Shown here in pieces: positions 37,301 through 48,615 of a stretch of DNA of 64,000 bases. The DNA comes from Thermoplasmatota archaeon. GTDB taxonomy: Archaea > Thermoplasmatota > E2 > DHVEG-1. Positions within the stretch are counted from its first letter, which is position 1, and every line of letters begins with the position of its first letter. The translations under genes were made by a program, and so were the position numbers. The notes under the pieces were generated by a model. The model was not told where the DNA came from. It did not search any database and was given only the letters and a program-made list of their open reading frames with translations. The stretch is taken from the NCBI GenBank assembly GCA_030619765.1, contig JAUXAU010000005.1, forward strand, positions 795 to 64,794, given 5' to 3'.

Positions 37301-38292
37301 AAGAAAACCTTCCAAAAGGACCATTTAGTTTCCTTTTTTCTTGGCGACCTTTTCCAATTTATGAATTGGTAAGTTATGTACTAATGTTTGCTAGTGTACC
37401 AATGTTGGCGTATGGATTACATACATATGATTGGGAGATTATAAAAACAATTATTTTAACGATATTAGCTCTCTACTCTGGTTTCCTTGCAGCACTTATA
37501 TGGAATGATATTACAGATATTGATATCGATGCTGTTGTTCATCCAGATCGGCCACTACCTGGAGGTAGGGTAAGCTCAAAAAAATTCTTTATGGTAGCAC
37601 TGATATTCTCGGCTATAACATTTACGTTTTCAATTCTCGTTAGCATATGGTGTTTCATATTAGTTGGAGCAGCAGCCTTATTTGTAACATTTCATAATAA
37701 ATACCTGAAAAAAATTGTAAAGATTCCTGCATACTCTGAAATCTTCACTCCCTTACAGTGGGTTGTCGTTGCGATATTTGGATTCCTTGCGATATGGACT
37801 GTACTCCCACAAACTGCAGATTTTATTTTCACACTGCCGCTATTTGGAACTATTTCAACAAGTGGTTCAGAGATTCAAAATATGATCCTTCTTGTTCTTT
37901 TTACATACTTAGCAGATAACGCTCATGATTTACCAGAAGGAATACATGATGTAGAAGGAGACCGTAAACTAGGAGTAAAAACATACGCTACCTCTTTTGG
38001 AGAAAAAACTGCAGCAAAAATCTCCTTCTCCATGTTTGTACTTTCAGGTGTATTGGGTGTATTATTATACATAAGAACACTACTTTCTCCAATATTCTTG
38101 GTACTGTTTCTAATAGTATGGATACTCACGCTCCGTTGGTATTATAAACTCTTAAAATTGGAAAAGAAAAATAGGGCGGAGTTGGGAAAAATTGTTGGGA
38201 GAAAAGGCTACAACTATCTTCTTATGGTATATAATTTAGTATTTTTAGATGTAATATTACAAGTTATTAACTATCACTTTAACATAGTTTGA
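37297..38292 (+). CDS. UbiA-family prenyltransferase
   Basis: NDITDIDID..HPDRPLPGG and DVEGDRKLGVKT motifs; multiple TM segments. Confidence 0.9.
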   Translation: MKENLPKGPFSFLFSWRPFPIYELVSYVLMFASVPMLAYGLHTYDWEIIKTIILTILALYSGFLAALIWNDITDIDIDAVVHPDRPLPGGRVSSKKFFMVALIFSAITFTFSILVSIWCFILVGAAALFVTFHNKYLKKIVKIPAYSEIFTPLQWVVVAIFGFLAIWTVLPQTADFIFTLPLFGTISTSGSEIQNMILLVLFTYLADNAHDLPEGIHDVEGDRKLGVKTYATSFGEKTAAKISFSMFVLSGVLGVLLYIRTLLSPIFLVLFLIVWILTLRWYYKLLKLEKKNRAELGKIVGRKGYNYLLMVYNLVFLDVILQVINYHFNIV

Positions 38293-38509
38293 ATTTTTAA
38301 AATGCGCCTGCACTATTTCAAGAGTATCTATTATGAGCATTCCATTTTTTTATATCTTCTCAGATTATGTAAAAATACAGGATATAATGCAATCATATCA
38401 GTTATAATTAGAGGAAATTATTAAAAAATGTTTTGTCTAGAGAACCTGTGATAAAGGAATTAATCCAGCAATTTATTTTATACTAAAAAATCCTAAGGGA
38501 AAAATGTCT

Positions 38510-39430
38510 TTATTGTTTCAATAATTTTACCATTAATGCCATTTGTGTCCACATGCGATTTTCAGCCTCATCAATAATCACAGATTGGTTTCCATGAGCC
38601 AATTCTTTTGTAACTTCCTCTCCATAGTATATGGGCATACAATGCATGAAAATAGCATCTTTCTTGGCTTTATTCATAATATCTTGTGTTATTGTATATT
38701 CTTTTAAATCAGCCATTATTTGTTGTCTTTCTTTTTCATACCAGAGCGATACCCATGTGTCCGTAGCTATTATGTCAGCGTTTTTGACGGCATCAATATC
38801 ATCTGTTATAGTTACTTGTAGGTTTTTCTTTTCAGCTATCTTATTTGCCTGGTCAACGAAGTATTTTGATGGCCAATGTTTCTTGTGCGAAATAACGGTT
38901 ACATTCATTCCGACAAGCGTACATCCTAAGAGGTAGGAATGCGTTAGGTTGTCGTCTCCATCTCCAATAAAAACAAAATTCAGCCCATGTAATCGTCCTT
39001 TCATTTCTTTAATAGTCATCAGATCAGCTAGTATCTGGCAGGGGTGTTCATCCATATCTAGCCCGTTTATTATAGGTACAGTAGCATATTTGGCAAATTC
39101 ATGTAAATCTTCTTTTTTTAAAGGTCTATACATTATGATGTTGACGTATCTTGATAATACCAAAGCAATATCTTCAACGGATTCTCTCTCACCTATTTTG
39201 ATATCGTCTTTGTTCAGAAATACTGCATGACCGCCCAATAGGGTCGTACCTACTTCAAAAGAAGCTCTGGTTCGTGTCGACGCTCTTTCGAATATCATAG
39301 CAAGTATTTTGCCCTTCAAATATTGAAACGTTTGACCATTTGTAGCATCTTGTTTTAATTTGATTCCTAGATCAATGATGTCTTCTATGTCATCTTTGAC
39401 ATCTAATATGGAGAGCACATTTTTTTTCAT
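38510..39430 (-). CDS. argF: Ornithine carbamoyltransferase-family enzyme
   Basis: STRT, HPCQ, MHCMP, EAENR; the SMG loop reads SLW. Confidence 0.8.
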   Translation of the reverse strand: MKKNVLSILDVKDDIEDIIDLGIKLKQDATNGQTFQYLKGKILAMIFERASTRTRASFEVGTTLLGGHAVFLNKDDIKIGERESVEDIALVLSRYVNIIMYRPLKKEDLHEFAKYATVPIINGLDMDEHPCQILADLMTIKEMKGRLHGLNFVFIGDGDDNLTHSYLLGCTLVGMNVTVISHKKHWPSKYFVDQANKIAEKKNLQVTITDDIDAVKNADIIATDTWVSLWYEKERQQIMADLKEYTITQDIMNKAKKDAIFMHCMPIYYGEEVTKELAHGNQSVIIDEAENRMWTQMALMVKLLKQ

Positions 39431-39700
39431 AGACCCTGACAGGTGAAAAGCCCCTACTGTATTAAAATCTTTAGTATTCCCTTCTGTTCAACTACATTGG
39501 ACTATTAAATATTTTTAGAGATTTATAACCGACAAATCCATTGTGATACAGATCCCAATAAGAAAAAGATATGAAATCACAGAAAATATCTGATATCTAA
39601 AAATTAGAATTTCGAATACTTTCGCTCAAAGAATAGGCTCGTACCGACGATAATAAAAACTTTAAATCCCATAAACTTACTCATCGATGTCCTAATAAAG

Positions 39701-40705
39701 GTGTCAACATTGAAAGCAATTTCAAAATCAAATTTTACTATTAAAGATAAACTTTTTGCTCATTTGGAGACATGGAGACCATATACTGTATTATGGTGTG
39801 GACTTGTCAGTTTAGCAGGATCATGCATTGCCTTTGGTAATCTTCCTCCTTTAAAAATTGCAATTCTTGCTTTATTTGTACCTATGATGGGTTGGACGGC
39901 AGGACTATATCTTGCAGATTTTATAGATAGAAAACTAGATGCTATACAGAAACCACATAGGCCTATTCCCTCGGGTAGAATTAAACCAATGGAAGCACTT
40001 GCAATAGGTGGTATATTTGCAATAACCGGATTTATCCTATCGTTTCTACTTAGTCTAAACAATATCATACTGGTATTTATAGTGGCACTACTCGTGCTTT
40101 TTTATGCAAAAATTTCAAAATCCCGAGGGATAATAGGAAACTTAAATAGAGGAATAGTTACAGTTGCTGCATATTTTTTTGGAGTGTTCTCTATAAACCA
40201 ATCTATCCAATCAATTCCCATCTACATCTGGCTACTAGCAATTGTATTCCTGTTTCATGATACCAACAGCAATCTTGTTGGTGCGATAAGAGATCGTGAG
40301 GGGGATAAAAAAGGAGGTTACATAACTATACCTGTAAAATATGGTATAAAAAAATCCATATTCATTTCACTAGCTTTAACTATTGTTTGGTTTTTCCTTG
40401 CACTGTTCTTACCTTATTATTTTGAATTTTTAAAAATCGAATTTTATCTAGTAATGATAATCGACGTTTTAATTTTAATTTCTCTCTATGTTTACTTATT
40501 TAAGTCAATAACAAAATATTCAAGAGAAAAAGCCTTAAAATTTCATGAATTCTTTGTAATAGAACGTATAACTCTAGCATCAGCTTTCATATTTGGTATT
40601 GTAAATATCTACATTGCAGTGATTATTTACCTTTACGCACTTCTAGCTACCGGCGTTTCCCAATATTTACTTAGAAAAAGATATGAATTCAAGGAGATTC
40701 CATGA
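39701..40705 (+). CDS. UbiA-family prenyltransferase (DGGGP synthase-like)
   Basis: DFIDRKLDAIQKPHRPIPSGR; DREGDKKGG. Confidence 0.88.
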   Translation: MSTLKAISKSNFTIKDKLFAHLETWRPYTVLWCGLVSLAGSCIAFGNLPPLKIAILALFVPMMGWTAGLYLADFIDRKLDAIQKPHRPIPSGRIKPMEALAIGGIFAITGFILSFLLSLNNIILVFIVALLVLFYAKISKSRGIIGNLNRGIVTVAAYFFGVFSINQSIQSIPIYIWLLAIVFLFHDTNSNLVGAIRDREGDKKGGYITIPVKYGIKKSIFISLALTIVWFFLALFLPYYFEFLKIEFYLVMIIDVLILISLYVYLFKSITKYSREKALKFHEFFVIERITLASAFIFGIVNIYIAVIIYLYALLATGVSQYLLRKRYEFKEIP

Positions 40706-41649
40706 TGAAATGTCTTGTTACTGGTGCAGTGGGTTTTATTGGAGGTGCATTAGTAAAAAGACTGGTTAAAGAGGGATATGAAGTAATAGGACTAATTCAT
40801 AAAGCTAAACCGAAAAATTACGAAAAAAATTCAGAATATGTAGAAGGTGATATAACAGAAATTGATTTCATAAAGCCTTTTGTTAAGAATGCTGATTTTG
40901 TTTTTCACTGTGCTGCGATGGTAAAGGACTACGGCCCTAAGGAGATTTTTTATAAAGTAAATCTTGAAGGCACAAAAAACCTTGTTAAAGCGTCTGAAGA
41001 ATTTGGAATTAAAAAATTCATTTTTCTGAGTCATATCAGACATAAATCTGAAAAAAGTGTTAGTTACTATAGTGAAACAAAAAAATTAGCTGAGCAATAC
41101 CTTATAGAAAAATATCGACAGGATGGTTTTCCTGCGATCATAATTCGCCCAGGAAATGTATACGGCCCGGGGGCAACAACGTGGGTTTTAAGACCTCTTA
41201 AATCTATTCAAAAAAACCGGATCTCCTTAGTAGATCATGGAAATGGTATTTTCCTGCATACCTATATTGACAATCTATTAGATGCAATAATTGCTGCATT
41301 AAATGAGCCAAAAGCTTTAGGTGAAACAATAGATATTACTGATGGGGACAATAATACCACCTGGCGTGAATACTTTAACACTATTGCAAAAATAGCTGGT
41401 AAACCCCCCATTAAAAGGAACATGTCTAAGAAAAATGCGTTATTTGTTGGTAAGTTGATGATGTTTTCAAATAAAGTATTTAAAATTAAGCCATGGGTTA
41501 CACCGATGGCAGTAAGGGTTCTTACTAATCAGAATAAAGTTTCAATTCAAAAAGCAAAATCTGTTTTGGGTTATATGCCCAAGATAGATTATCACGGAGG
41601 AATGGAACAAATTGAAAAATGGCTTAAAAATGAGGGCTATATCCCTTGA
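40702..41649 (+). CDS. NAD-dependent epimerase/dehydratase (extended SDR)
   Basis: TGAVGFIGG, YSETK, RPGNVYGP. Confidence 0.92.
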   Translation: MMKCLVTGAVGFIGGALVKRLVKEGYEVIGLIHKAKPKNYEKNSEYVEGDITEIDFIKPFVKNADFVFHCAAMVKDYGPKEIFYKVNLEGTKNLVKASEEFGIKKFIFLSHIRHKSEKSVSYYSETKKLAEQYLIEKYRQDGFPAIIIRPGNVYGPGATTWVLRPLKSIQKNRISLVDHGNGIFLHTYIDNLLDAIIAALNEPKALGETIDITDGDNNTTWREYFNTIAKIAGKPPIKRNMSKKNALFVGKLMMFSNKVFKIKPWVTPMAVRVLTNQNKVSIQKAKSVLGYMPKIDYHGGMEQIEKWLKNEGYIP

Positions 41650-41720
41650 TTAAAAACCTCTAAACTTGCTTTTTGGTTTGAGAATAATCCTGATATCAAG
41701 ATGACGGTAATGCTATACAT

Positions 41721-42365
41721 TTGATGGAGGTTAATAAGATTACATCAAAATTGGTACGATTTCTCCTAGAAAAAATCGGCATAAAACTTGATGCTCATAA
41801 ATTAAAAAAATTTATTGATTTAGGTTTTATAATCGTCGAAAAAATACTGGTCAAATTCTGGAAGTTATATCCTTTATATTTTGACTTTTATGATGAAATG
41901 ACAGAAAATGAAATCAACCTAGCTAACATTTCAAAAGACGATGCGATCTTACATATCGGGTCTGGATCTATTCCTGCCACATCAATTCTTCTTGCAAAAA
42001 AATCAGGAGCACAGGTTACTAGTATAGATAATAACCCTCGCTCAGTAAAAGAGGCAGTTTCCTGTGTTTTGGAATCTGGTGTTGCTGATAAGGTTCAAAT
42101 TCAACACGCAGAGGCAAATCATTTTCCAGTTGACAAGTTTGACGTTATTGTTGTCTCTCAAGGAATAAGATCATACAAGACGCTTTTACAACATCTTTCT
42201 AGGGCTATGAAGAGTGATGCCCGTGTGATTTTTAGGACCAGCTCTTCTCCTAGTGGTGAAATTGTTCAAAATGATCTGTTTCTCAAAGACATATTTAAGA
42301 TTGGCAAAATAGTAGCACAAAAAAAGAACGCCTTACTTATTTCTATCCTATTATTAAAAAAATAA
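41721..42365 (+). CDS. Class I SAM-dependent methyltransferase-fold protein (nicotianamine synthase-like)
   Basis: LHIGSGSIPATSILL...SID. Confidence 0.75.
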   Translation: MMEVNKITSKLVRFLLEKIGIKLDAHKLKKFIDLGFIIVEKILVKFWKLYPLYFDFYDEMTENEINLANISKDDAILHIGSGSIPATSILLAKKSGAQVTSIDNNPRSVKEAVSCVLESGVADKVQIQHAEANHFPVDKFDVIVVSQGIRSYKTLLQHLSRAMKSDARVIFRTSSSPSGEIVQNDLFLKDIFKIGKIVAQKKNALLISILLLKK

Positions 42366-42377
42366 TTTTTATTCCCA

Positions 42378-43673
42378 TTATTTTATTTGAATAATTTCCA
42401 TTAGTCTTTTAACTGCTTTTTTTGCTCCATCCTCTTTTTGCAGTTTTTCTGATAATTTTTTAGAATTTTTTAGATAAGTGTCATAATTATCGAAAATTTT
42501 ATTGATTGATCGCACTAGTTCACGGGGTTTGAAATATTTCCATGATAACCTTATAGCACATCCATTTCTAACGAGATTATCTATGTTATATTGATGTTCC
42601 ATCAGCATAGGTATGCATATCGCTGGTTTCCCTGAATACGCTATTGTATATATCGTGCCACGACCTCCATGTGTAATAGCCAGGTCTACCTTCTTTAAGA
42701 TTTTATCCAATGATACAAACTCTTTGAATAAGATATTTTCATTTGTTTCAGGTAGTTTATCCTTATTCTTGGGATTTGAATAAACAGCTATTACATTATA
42801 GTCAGATTCATTTAGAGTTTCTACAATTTTTAAAAGTAATCTGTCGAACTTGTAAGCACTTCCCATAACAAGTACGATAGATTTCCCCGGCCTTTTCAGA
42901 TGGTTTATAACATCAAAATCTATTTTGTTTTTTTGTTCTTTAAATAAATCTCCTGCAACAAGAGGACCGATATAATTTTCCAAGGGAAAATCTTCAGATG
43001 GTTGTATCCCTAAAAAATTTATATCATCACAAACAAGAGTGTGATCACCAAAAAAGATGTCATTACAGTATTTGAAAGATCGAACCTGATATTTTGTAGC
43101 AACCTTGTTAAATTCTTTGACAAACCTTTTATTATTTAACAAATACCATTTTGCAATTCGATTTTTTAGCGATTTAGGTAACAGTTTTGTAAAGAAATTT
43201 TCGTAGCTCTCAGGAAATGTTGCAAAACCTGATTTGAAGTAAGGTGGTGTAGTTGTCCCAGAAGTGACAACAACAAGTGGTATTTTTAAAGCCCTAGCGG
43301 AGATACTACAAGTTGCATTAAACGCACTCACAATTAAATCGATCCTGCTTTTTGTGAATGCCTCAATTTCCTCCTTAACTGCTCTTTCAATGATTCTTTC
43401 CTTGAATTGGCGAACCATTATTTTTTCAAACGGTACCCCTTTTCTATATAGTTGTACTAGTTCATCTTGGTACTCTCCCATAAGATTACCTAATCTAACT
43501 ACTTTACATCCAATATTCTCTGCTAAATATTCGTATTTTCCTTCGTGACTAAAGAAAATCGCTTTTCCACCTATCTCCATATATGATTTTGCAATTTTAA
43601 CTAAGGGAATGGTTTCTCCCATACTGGAAAAGCATGGGAAAAACCCTATCAGCGGTTTTCCTGTATGAATCAT
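42378..43673 (-). CDS. GT-B glycosyltransferase (GT1/GT28-like)
   Basis: ITHGGRGT...PAICIP..MEHQYN. Confidence 0.88.
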   Translation of the reverse strand: MIHTGKPLIGFFPCFSSMGETIPLVKIAKSYMEIGGKAIFFSHEGKYEYLAENIGCKVVRLGNLMGEYQDELVQLYRKGVPFEKIMVRQFKERIIERAVKEEIEAFTKSRIDLIVSAFNATCSISARALKIPLVVVTSGTTTPPYFKSGFATFPESYENFFTKLLPKSLKNRIAKWYLLNNKRFVKEFNKVATKYQVRSFKYCNDIFFGDHTLVCDDINFLGIQPSEDFPLENYIGPLVAGDLFKEQKNKIDFDVINHLKRPGKSIVLVMGSAYKFDRLLLKIVETLNESDYNVIAVYSNPKNKDKLPETNENILFKEFVSLDKILKKVDLAITHGGRGTIYTIAYSGKPAICIPMLMEHQYNIDNLVRNGCAIRLSWKYFKPRELVRSINKIFDNYDTYLKNSKKLSEKLQKEDGAKKAVKRLMEIIQIK

Positions 43674-43726
43674 ATCTTTACTTCACCATTTTAATTTTCA
43701 TAATATTTGACATATCAAAGCTATGA

Positions 43727-44509
43727 TTATAATGATATGAAATCATTTTTTATTAATCCAATACCTGCCCATTTTTGATCATAATTTTTTACAATTTTTA
43801 TATTATCATATTTTGATTCTATTTCATTCCAGAATTTATTTACTTCAACGCCTCTAACTTTGCATTCGATTATATCATGAAGTGCGATCGTACCATTTCT
43901 TTTAACAAGTAAACTATATATTTCAAAGTCCTTTTTTACTCCTTTGTATGTGTGATCACCATCTATAAACAAAAAATCAATTTCTCTTCCATCCAAAATA
44001 GCTTTAACCGCTTCTAAAGTTTCCTTTTTGTGAGAGTTTCCTCTAATTAAATGAATTTGCTGGTTTTTTGATGCAAATGACTTATATAAAGGTGTCCTTG
44101 CTATAGAATAACCCCCACCAAATCCCCCCCCAGGCAAATCAATACTTATAATAACGGCATCTTTAGAAGCTATACGAGAGAACAAAAACAATGTACCACC
44201 ACTTTCTGTTCCAATTTCAAGTATATATTTTGGTTTTTCTTTTTCAATTTTTTTTAAAAGTTCTAAAAGTTCATAACGAACTTGTAGAGGCGTAATAAGC
44301 CCATGACAAAATGTATAAGTAAAGTTAATTAATTTATCTAAATCATTTTTTGTATTAATTTTCCTAATTTTATTCATTGCATACGGGAGGATAGGAATAA
44401 ATAAGAAATGTTTCCAGATATAACTCAGAATTATCCTAACAGCTGTCGAAAACTCTTCTTCTCTAAGAAATTCAACTGCGAATTTTAATAGTTGAAACAT
44501 AATATTCAT
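43727..44509 (-). CDS. SAM-dependent methyltransferase (Methyltransf_24-like)
   Basis: LEIGTESGGT, DFLFIDGDHTYKGVKKD, IALHD. Confidence 0.9.
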   Translation of the reverse strand: MNIMFQLLKFAVEFLREEEFSTAVRIILSYIWKHFLFIPILPYAMNKIRKINTKNDLDKLINFTYTFCHGLITPLQVRYELLELLKKIEKEKPKYILEIGTESGGTLFLFSRIASKDAVIISIDLPGGGFGGGYSIARTPLYKSFASKNQQIHLIRGNSHKKETLEAVKAILDGREIDFLFIDGDHTYKGVKKDFEIYSLLVKRNGTIALHDIIECKVRGVEVNKFWNEIESKYDNIKIVKNYDQKWAGIGLIKNDFISL

Positions 44510-44557
44510 ACTCTTAAATCATTTACAATTAAACTTCGCCATCGAATGACAATTATA

Positions 44558-45661
44558 TCATTTGAAACAGGATGGATCTTCTCTACACAATGCTTCAAAA
44601 GGATCTTCATCATTATCTTTACTAGTTGTAAATGCTAACCCTCTACAGCCAATACATTGGGAAAGATGCTCGCAATTCCTACATTTACCTTGTAGATATT
44701 TGTCAATATTTCTAGCTCTTTTAAAGAACGGGAGTTCGATTATTTCCTTCAGTGAATAGTTCTTAATATTTGCAATATTTACCTGAATATCAGAACAAGG
44801 CCGAACAAAACCTTCAACCGTTATATATAGATTATACATGACTTGAAAACAGCCGGAAGCCAAAAGAGGGGTATAAGGAAGCCAATCATATCCATATTCA
44901 CTCCTGTCAAGTTCCAGTATTTGTAATTTTAGTTTTTTCCACTCCTCCCGACTAAGGAGAAGATTATTAACCTCATCACCTCTTTCATTTGGAATCATCA
45001 TCTCCAAATTAGGGAAAATCTTTCTATCTCTACAAAACTTCCATATTGCTGGAACACTGGGAGCATTTTGCTTATTGACAAGAAATGAAGCACCAAGTTT
45101 AAGTCTTTGTTCATCTTTAAAATTTAGATAACCAACATCTATAAGATTTTGTAACCCTCGCATAATGTTTTTATATGCACCTTTTACACAAGACATCTCA
45201 TCTTGAATTTTTTCATCAAGAGAATCAAGTTTGATAATTACAGATACATTATGATCGAGTAGAAATTGCGCTAAATCTTTTGTCATTGTTTGATTATTTG
45301 TAAATATAACAGGTATCAGGTTTATTGAATGTACATATTTAACAAGATCTCGGAATCTTGGATAAATTGTCGGTTCTCCACCGCCGATAATTACAATCGA
45401 TTCAGCTTTTAGATCTTTGGCCTGATTAATAACATCGATTATTTCTTCGTATTTAATTTCGTTTGGAAGGGCCTTACCACCTGCACTATAACAATAACTA
45501 CATCGTAAATTACACTTTAAACTAGTTTCAACCCTAATAGATAAAATTTGGCCATTATCTCTAACCTCTCTAGCTCTTTCTGGAGAAAAATAATAGCCTT
45601 CTAGTTTTGGGGCATCTCTTAACTTCTTTTTTACAACCTTTTCGTCGTCTTTCGATTTCAC
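44558..45661 (-). CDS. Radical SAM protein with SPASM domain
   Basis: CNLRCSYC, GGGEP, C-terminal CRNC..CIGCRG. Confidence 0.93.
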   Translation of the reverse strand: MKSKDDEKVVKKKLRDAPKLEGYYFSPERAREVRDNGQILSIRVETSLKCNLRCSYCYSAGGKALPNEIKYEEIIDVINQAKDLKAESIVIIGGGEPTIYPRFRDLVKYVHSINLIPVIFTNNQTMTKDLAQFLLDHNVSVIIKLDSLDEKIQDEMSCVKGAYKNIMRGLQNLIDVGYLNFKDEQRLKLGASFLVNKQNAPSVPAIWKFCRDRKIFPNLEMMIPNERGDEVNNLLLSREEWKKLKLQILELDRSEYGYDWLPYTPLLASGCFQVMYNLYITVEGFVRPCSDIQVNIANIKNYSLKEIIELPFFKRARNIDKYLQGKCRNCEHLSQCIGCRGLAFTTSKDNDEDPFEALCREDPSCFK

Positions 45662-45950
45662 TTGATTTCCCCTCTTAAATTTTATTTTTTCATTGTATTC
45701 TTATTGGCTATTTTAATAATTATGAAATATACGGTATATAAATGTTTGTAAAAAAGCTCATCTATTTCTGTGGTACCAAAAAAATAATTTCATTAGGAAT
45801 AGATGATAATTATATAAACGATAAAAACGATAGCTTAAAATAAGAAAAAATTGTCTGAGCGAGGGATATAACATCATAGAAAAATTTGGCCCCTTTGTAA
45901 AATCAAAGTTAGAAGAAAAACCAACTACTCAAAAAACCATTTTTAAATCA

Positions 45951-47252
45951 GTGTTTAGTAAGTTTGTTAGAAAGTATATGGAGGAATATAAATGGCTAAA
46001 ACTAAAAAAATCAATTAAATACGCCTATAATACTTCCCCGTTTTACCATGATCTTTTCAAAAAAAATAATCTGAAGCCTAGTGATATTAAATCATTTAAA
46101 GATATGAATAAAATTCCTTTTACAACCGCTGATGATTTACAAGAAAAAACAAAATCTTTTTTTTCAGTTCCAGAAGATAAATTTGTAACAGTTTTTACTT
46201 CAGCTGGTACCACTGGTAAACCAAAAAAAGCATATTTTACAAAAAAGGATATTGATAAGATAATAACTTCAACTATCACTGGATTGCAGCTCATGTATAG
46301 TATTACACCTAGGGATGTTGTTCGTTTATCATTCGAAATAGGATATGGTGCAGAAATCTCAGGGAGCAGGTATTGTATGAATAAAGCATATGAAGGAATT
46401 GGTGCGTTAACAGTTGCCCCTAGTAGATTAAGAGTTGAGGAAGAACTAGAAATTTTTAAAGATTATAAACCAACAATTTTCATGGATGTTTCTTCACGTG
46501 TCAATTATCTTACAAATGAAATGAAAAAAATTTATGATTTAAAAAAATTGGGTGTTAAAAAAATACTTATTGGGGCTGAGCCGACACCAAATGCGATGAG
46601 GAAGTTTATTGAAGAAAGTTGGAATGCAGATGTTTTCATAGGATATGGTACAACAGAAACTGGTGTACTTCAAGCTGGTGAGTGTGAGGAAAAGAATGGT
46701 ATGCATCTCAATGAATTTAATTTCTTCACCGAAGTTGTTGATCCAGCGACAGGTGAAATTTTAGAAGATGGGAACCTTGGTGAATTTATTTTTACAACTT
46801 ATGATCGCGAGGGAATGCCATTAATTCGCTATAGAACACGTGATCTTGGGAGGATACTACCTGAGATGTGTCCGTGCGGTTTACCGTTTAAAAGAATGGT
46901 AATTAAAGGAAGAGTTGATGATATGATTTCAATTGGTGCTGGCGACAATCTGTATACACGGCGTTTTGATGATATTCTCTTTGAAATACCAGAGGTCATC
47001 GAATACCAGGTTATTCTTAATAGAAAAAATATCAAAGATGAAATCACCATAGTTGTGGAAACTGAAATAATTAAAGATTCATTACGCGAAAGAATTTTAG
47101 AAGCTATCATGGAAATGCCTGAGATAAATTCAGGTGTTCTTAGTTCAAAAACTATTGAAAAACCTGAGATCAAACTTGTTAAGCCAAATACTTTTGATAG
47201 AAACTCCACTAAACAAAGAAGACTTATAGATAACAGAAATCTATACGATTAA
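45951..47252 (+). CDS. Phenylacetate-CoA ligase-family (PaaK-like) adenylating enzyme
   Basis: TSAGTTGKPK, GYGTTE, PLIRYRTRD, GRVDD. Confidence 0.88.
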   Translation: MFSKFVRKYMEEYKWLKLKKSIKYAYNTSPFYHDLFKKNNLKPSDIKSFKDMNKIPFTTADDLQEKTKSFFSVPEDKFVTVFTSAGTTGKPKKAYFTKKDIDKIITSTITGLQLMYSITPRDVVRLSFEIGYGAEISGSRYCMNKAYEGIGALTVAPSRLRVEEELEIFKDYKPTIFMDVSSRVNYLTNEMKKIYDLKKLGVKKILIGAEPTPNAMRKFIEESWNADVFIGYGTTETGVLQAGECEEKNGMHLNEFNFFTEVVDPATGEILEDGNLGEFIFTTYDREGMPLIRYRTRDLGRILPEMCPCGLPFKRMVIKGRVDDMISIGAGDNLYTRRFDDILFEIPEVIEYQVILNRKNIKDEITIVVETEIIKDSLRERILEAIMEMPEINSGVLSSKTIEKPEIKLVKPNTFDRNSTKQRRLIDNRNLYD

Positions 47253-48565
47253 TTGTATGTCTTTGTTTTTGTATTTATTTTGGAGCTATTGATTCTCCTA
47301 AAACCACATTTTATCTTTGGATATGGCATTAGTTGAAATTTAGTAAACATTTTTTTCCCAAGGTGGCTAGAGTGTAAATCAACTGACATACCAACGCCCT
47401 TAGGTGGGAGTAAAAAATCAAATTTTAAAGAATTATGACCAAGGATTGATGGCTGCCGTTGAATTTCAATTTTACAGTCACCCTGAAGCTTCACAGTTCT
47501 CTCATTATCAGTGTAGACACCCTCAATTCGACCGGGCATTTCACATATTATGTAAGCTTTATAGAAATTACCTTTTCTATACGGAGAAATATATTCAAAG
47601 TTCTCAGTTGTCATCCAGACTCGTAGATTTATTTTTTTGTCATTTAGCTGCCCGCATAGTTCAATGTCACAGGGGTAATACATATCATATTTTTTGATGT
47701 ATAGGAGTTTGTTATAATGAAATTGCACATTGCAAAAATCCCAGAATTCTTTTCCGTCAGGGGTTATAGATAATACGCCAAACGCAGGCCCTTCAGTTAA
47801 CCAAAACATGGAATTACCGTAGAATACACTCCAATTATTATCAAAAACACCCCAAAACCAGTCGTTTCCCATAATGTTATTATCAGTTGCAAATCCAATT
47901 CGTCGTGGAAATCCTGGTCTGCGTTGTGATAGCCACCAGGCAACAAGTCTTGCATATATGGAAATGGTTTGTTTGATTCCTGAGAGTTTTTGAAACGGGT
48001 TTTTATATGACCAGTTACCATAGGCATGTTCAAGATATCCCTTCCCCTTAATGTTGTACGATTTATCTCCTATATTTAACTTTCCAGAGATATCACAATT
48101 AAGTAGCCATCCATATCTATAATAATCAAATCCTATTGGCAGGAAACCATTTGTGATATTCTGTGCACTCCAATGAGGTAATGATTGGGCCTTGTAACCA
48201 ATATCTGCCATAAACTCTTGTTTGCCATCGTCAATATGAACATGATAATTGGGATATAACCCATTATATGAAGATTTCTTATATGATACTTCAACCTTGT
48301 TTTTCTTATGAGACAGCTTGTTAACATCATCGTTAAAGTTTTGATGGATGACACATTTCCTATTTGTCATATCAAAAAGAGTATGAGCAATAAAACATGA
48401 AGGCGTCTCCTGTTCATATGCCATCGTCGTTTTTAGAGTCCACTTTCTATTGTCCTCTAGGGTTTTGAATAAGCTCTCAAAACACCACCATTCTTTCATA
48501 GACGGGTGGTGATCCCCCTCATCTTGAGGAGTCCATGGATTTTTTAACTTGACTTTTTCTATCAT
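47249..48565 (-). CDS. CrtC/AttH-like lipocalin-fold protein (putative hydratase/cyclase)
   Basis: DEGDH...EWW, GKGYLEHAYG, DWFW. Confidence 0.65.
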   Translation of the reverse strand: MIEKVKLKNPWTPQDEGDHHPSMKEWWCFESLFKTLEDNRKWTLKTTMAYEQETPSCFIAHTLFDMTNRKCVIHQNFNDDVNKLSHKKNKVEVSYKKSSYNGLYPNYHVHIDDGKQEFMADIGYKAQSLPHWSAQNITNGFLPIGFDYYRYGWLLNCDISGKLNIGDKSYNIKGKGYLEHAYGNWSYKNPFQKLSGIKQTISIYARLVAWWLSQRRPGFPRRIGFATDNNIMGNDWFWGVFDNNWSVFYGNSMFWLTEGPAFGVLSITPDGKEFWDFCNVQFHYNKLLYIKKYDMYYPCDIELCGQLNDKKINLRVWMTTENFEYISPYRKGNFYKAYIICEMPGRIEGVYTDNERTVKLQGDCKIEIQRQPSILGHNSLKFDFLLPPKGVGMSVDLHSSHLGKKMFTKFQLMPYPKIKCGFRRINSSKINTKTKTYN

Positions 48566-48615
48566 AGTTTTACAATGTATAATAGTCCAACGTTTAAATA
48601 CAATTAAGAAACATA

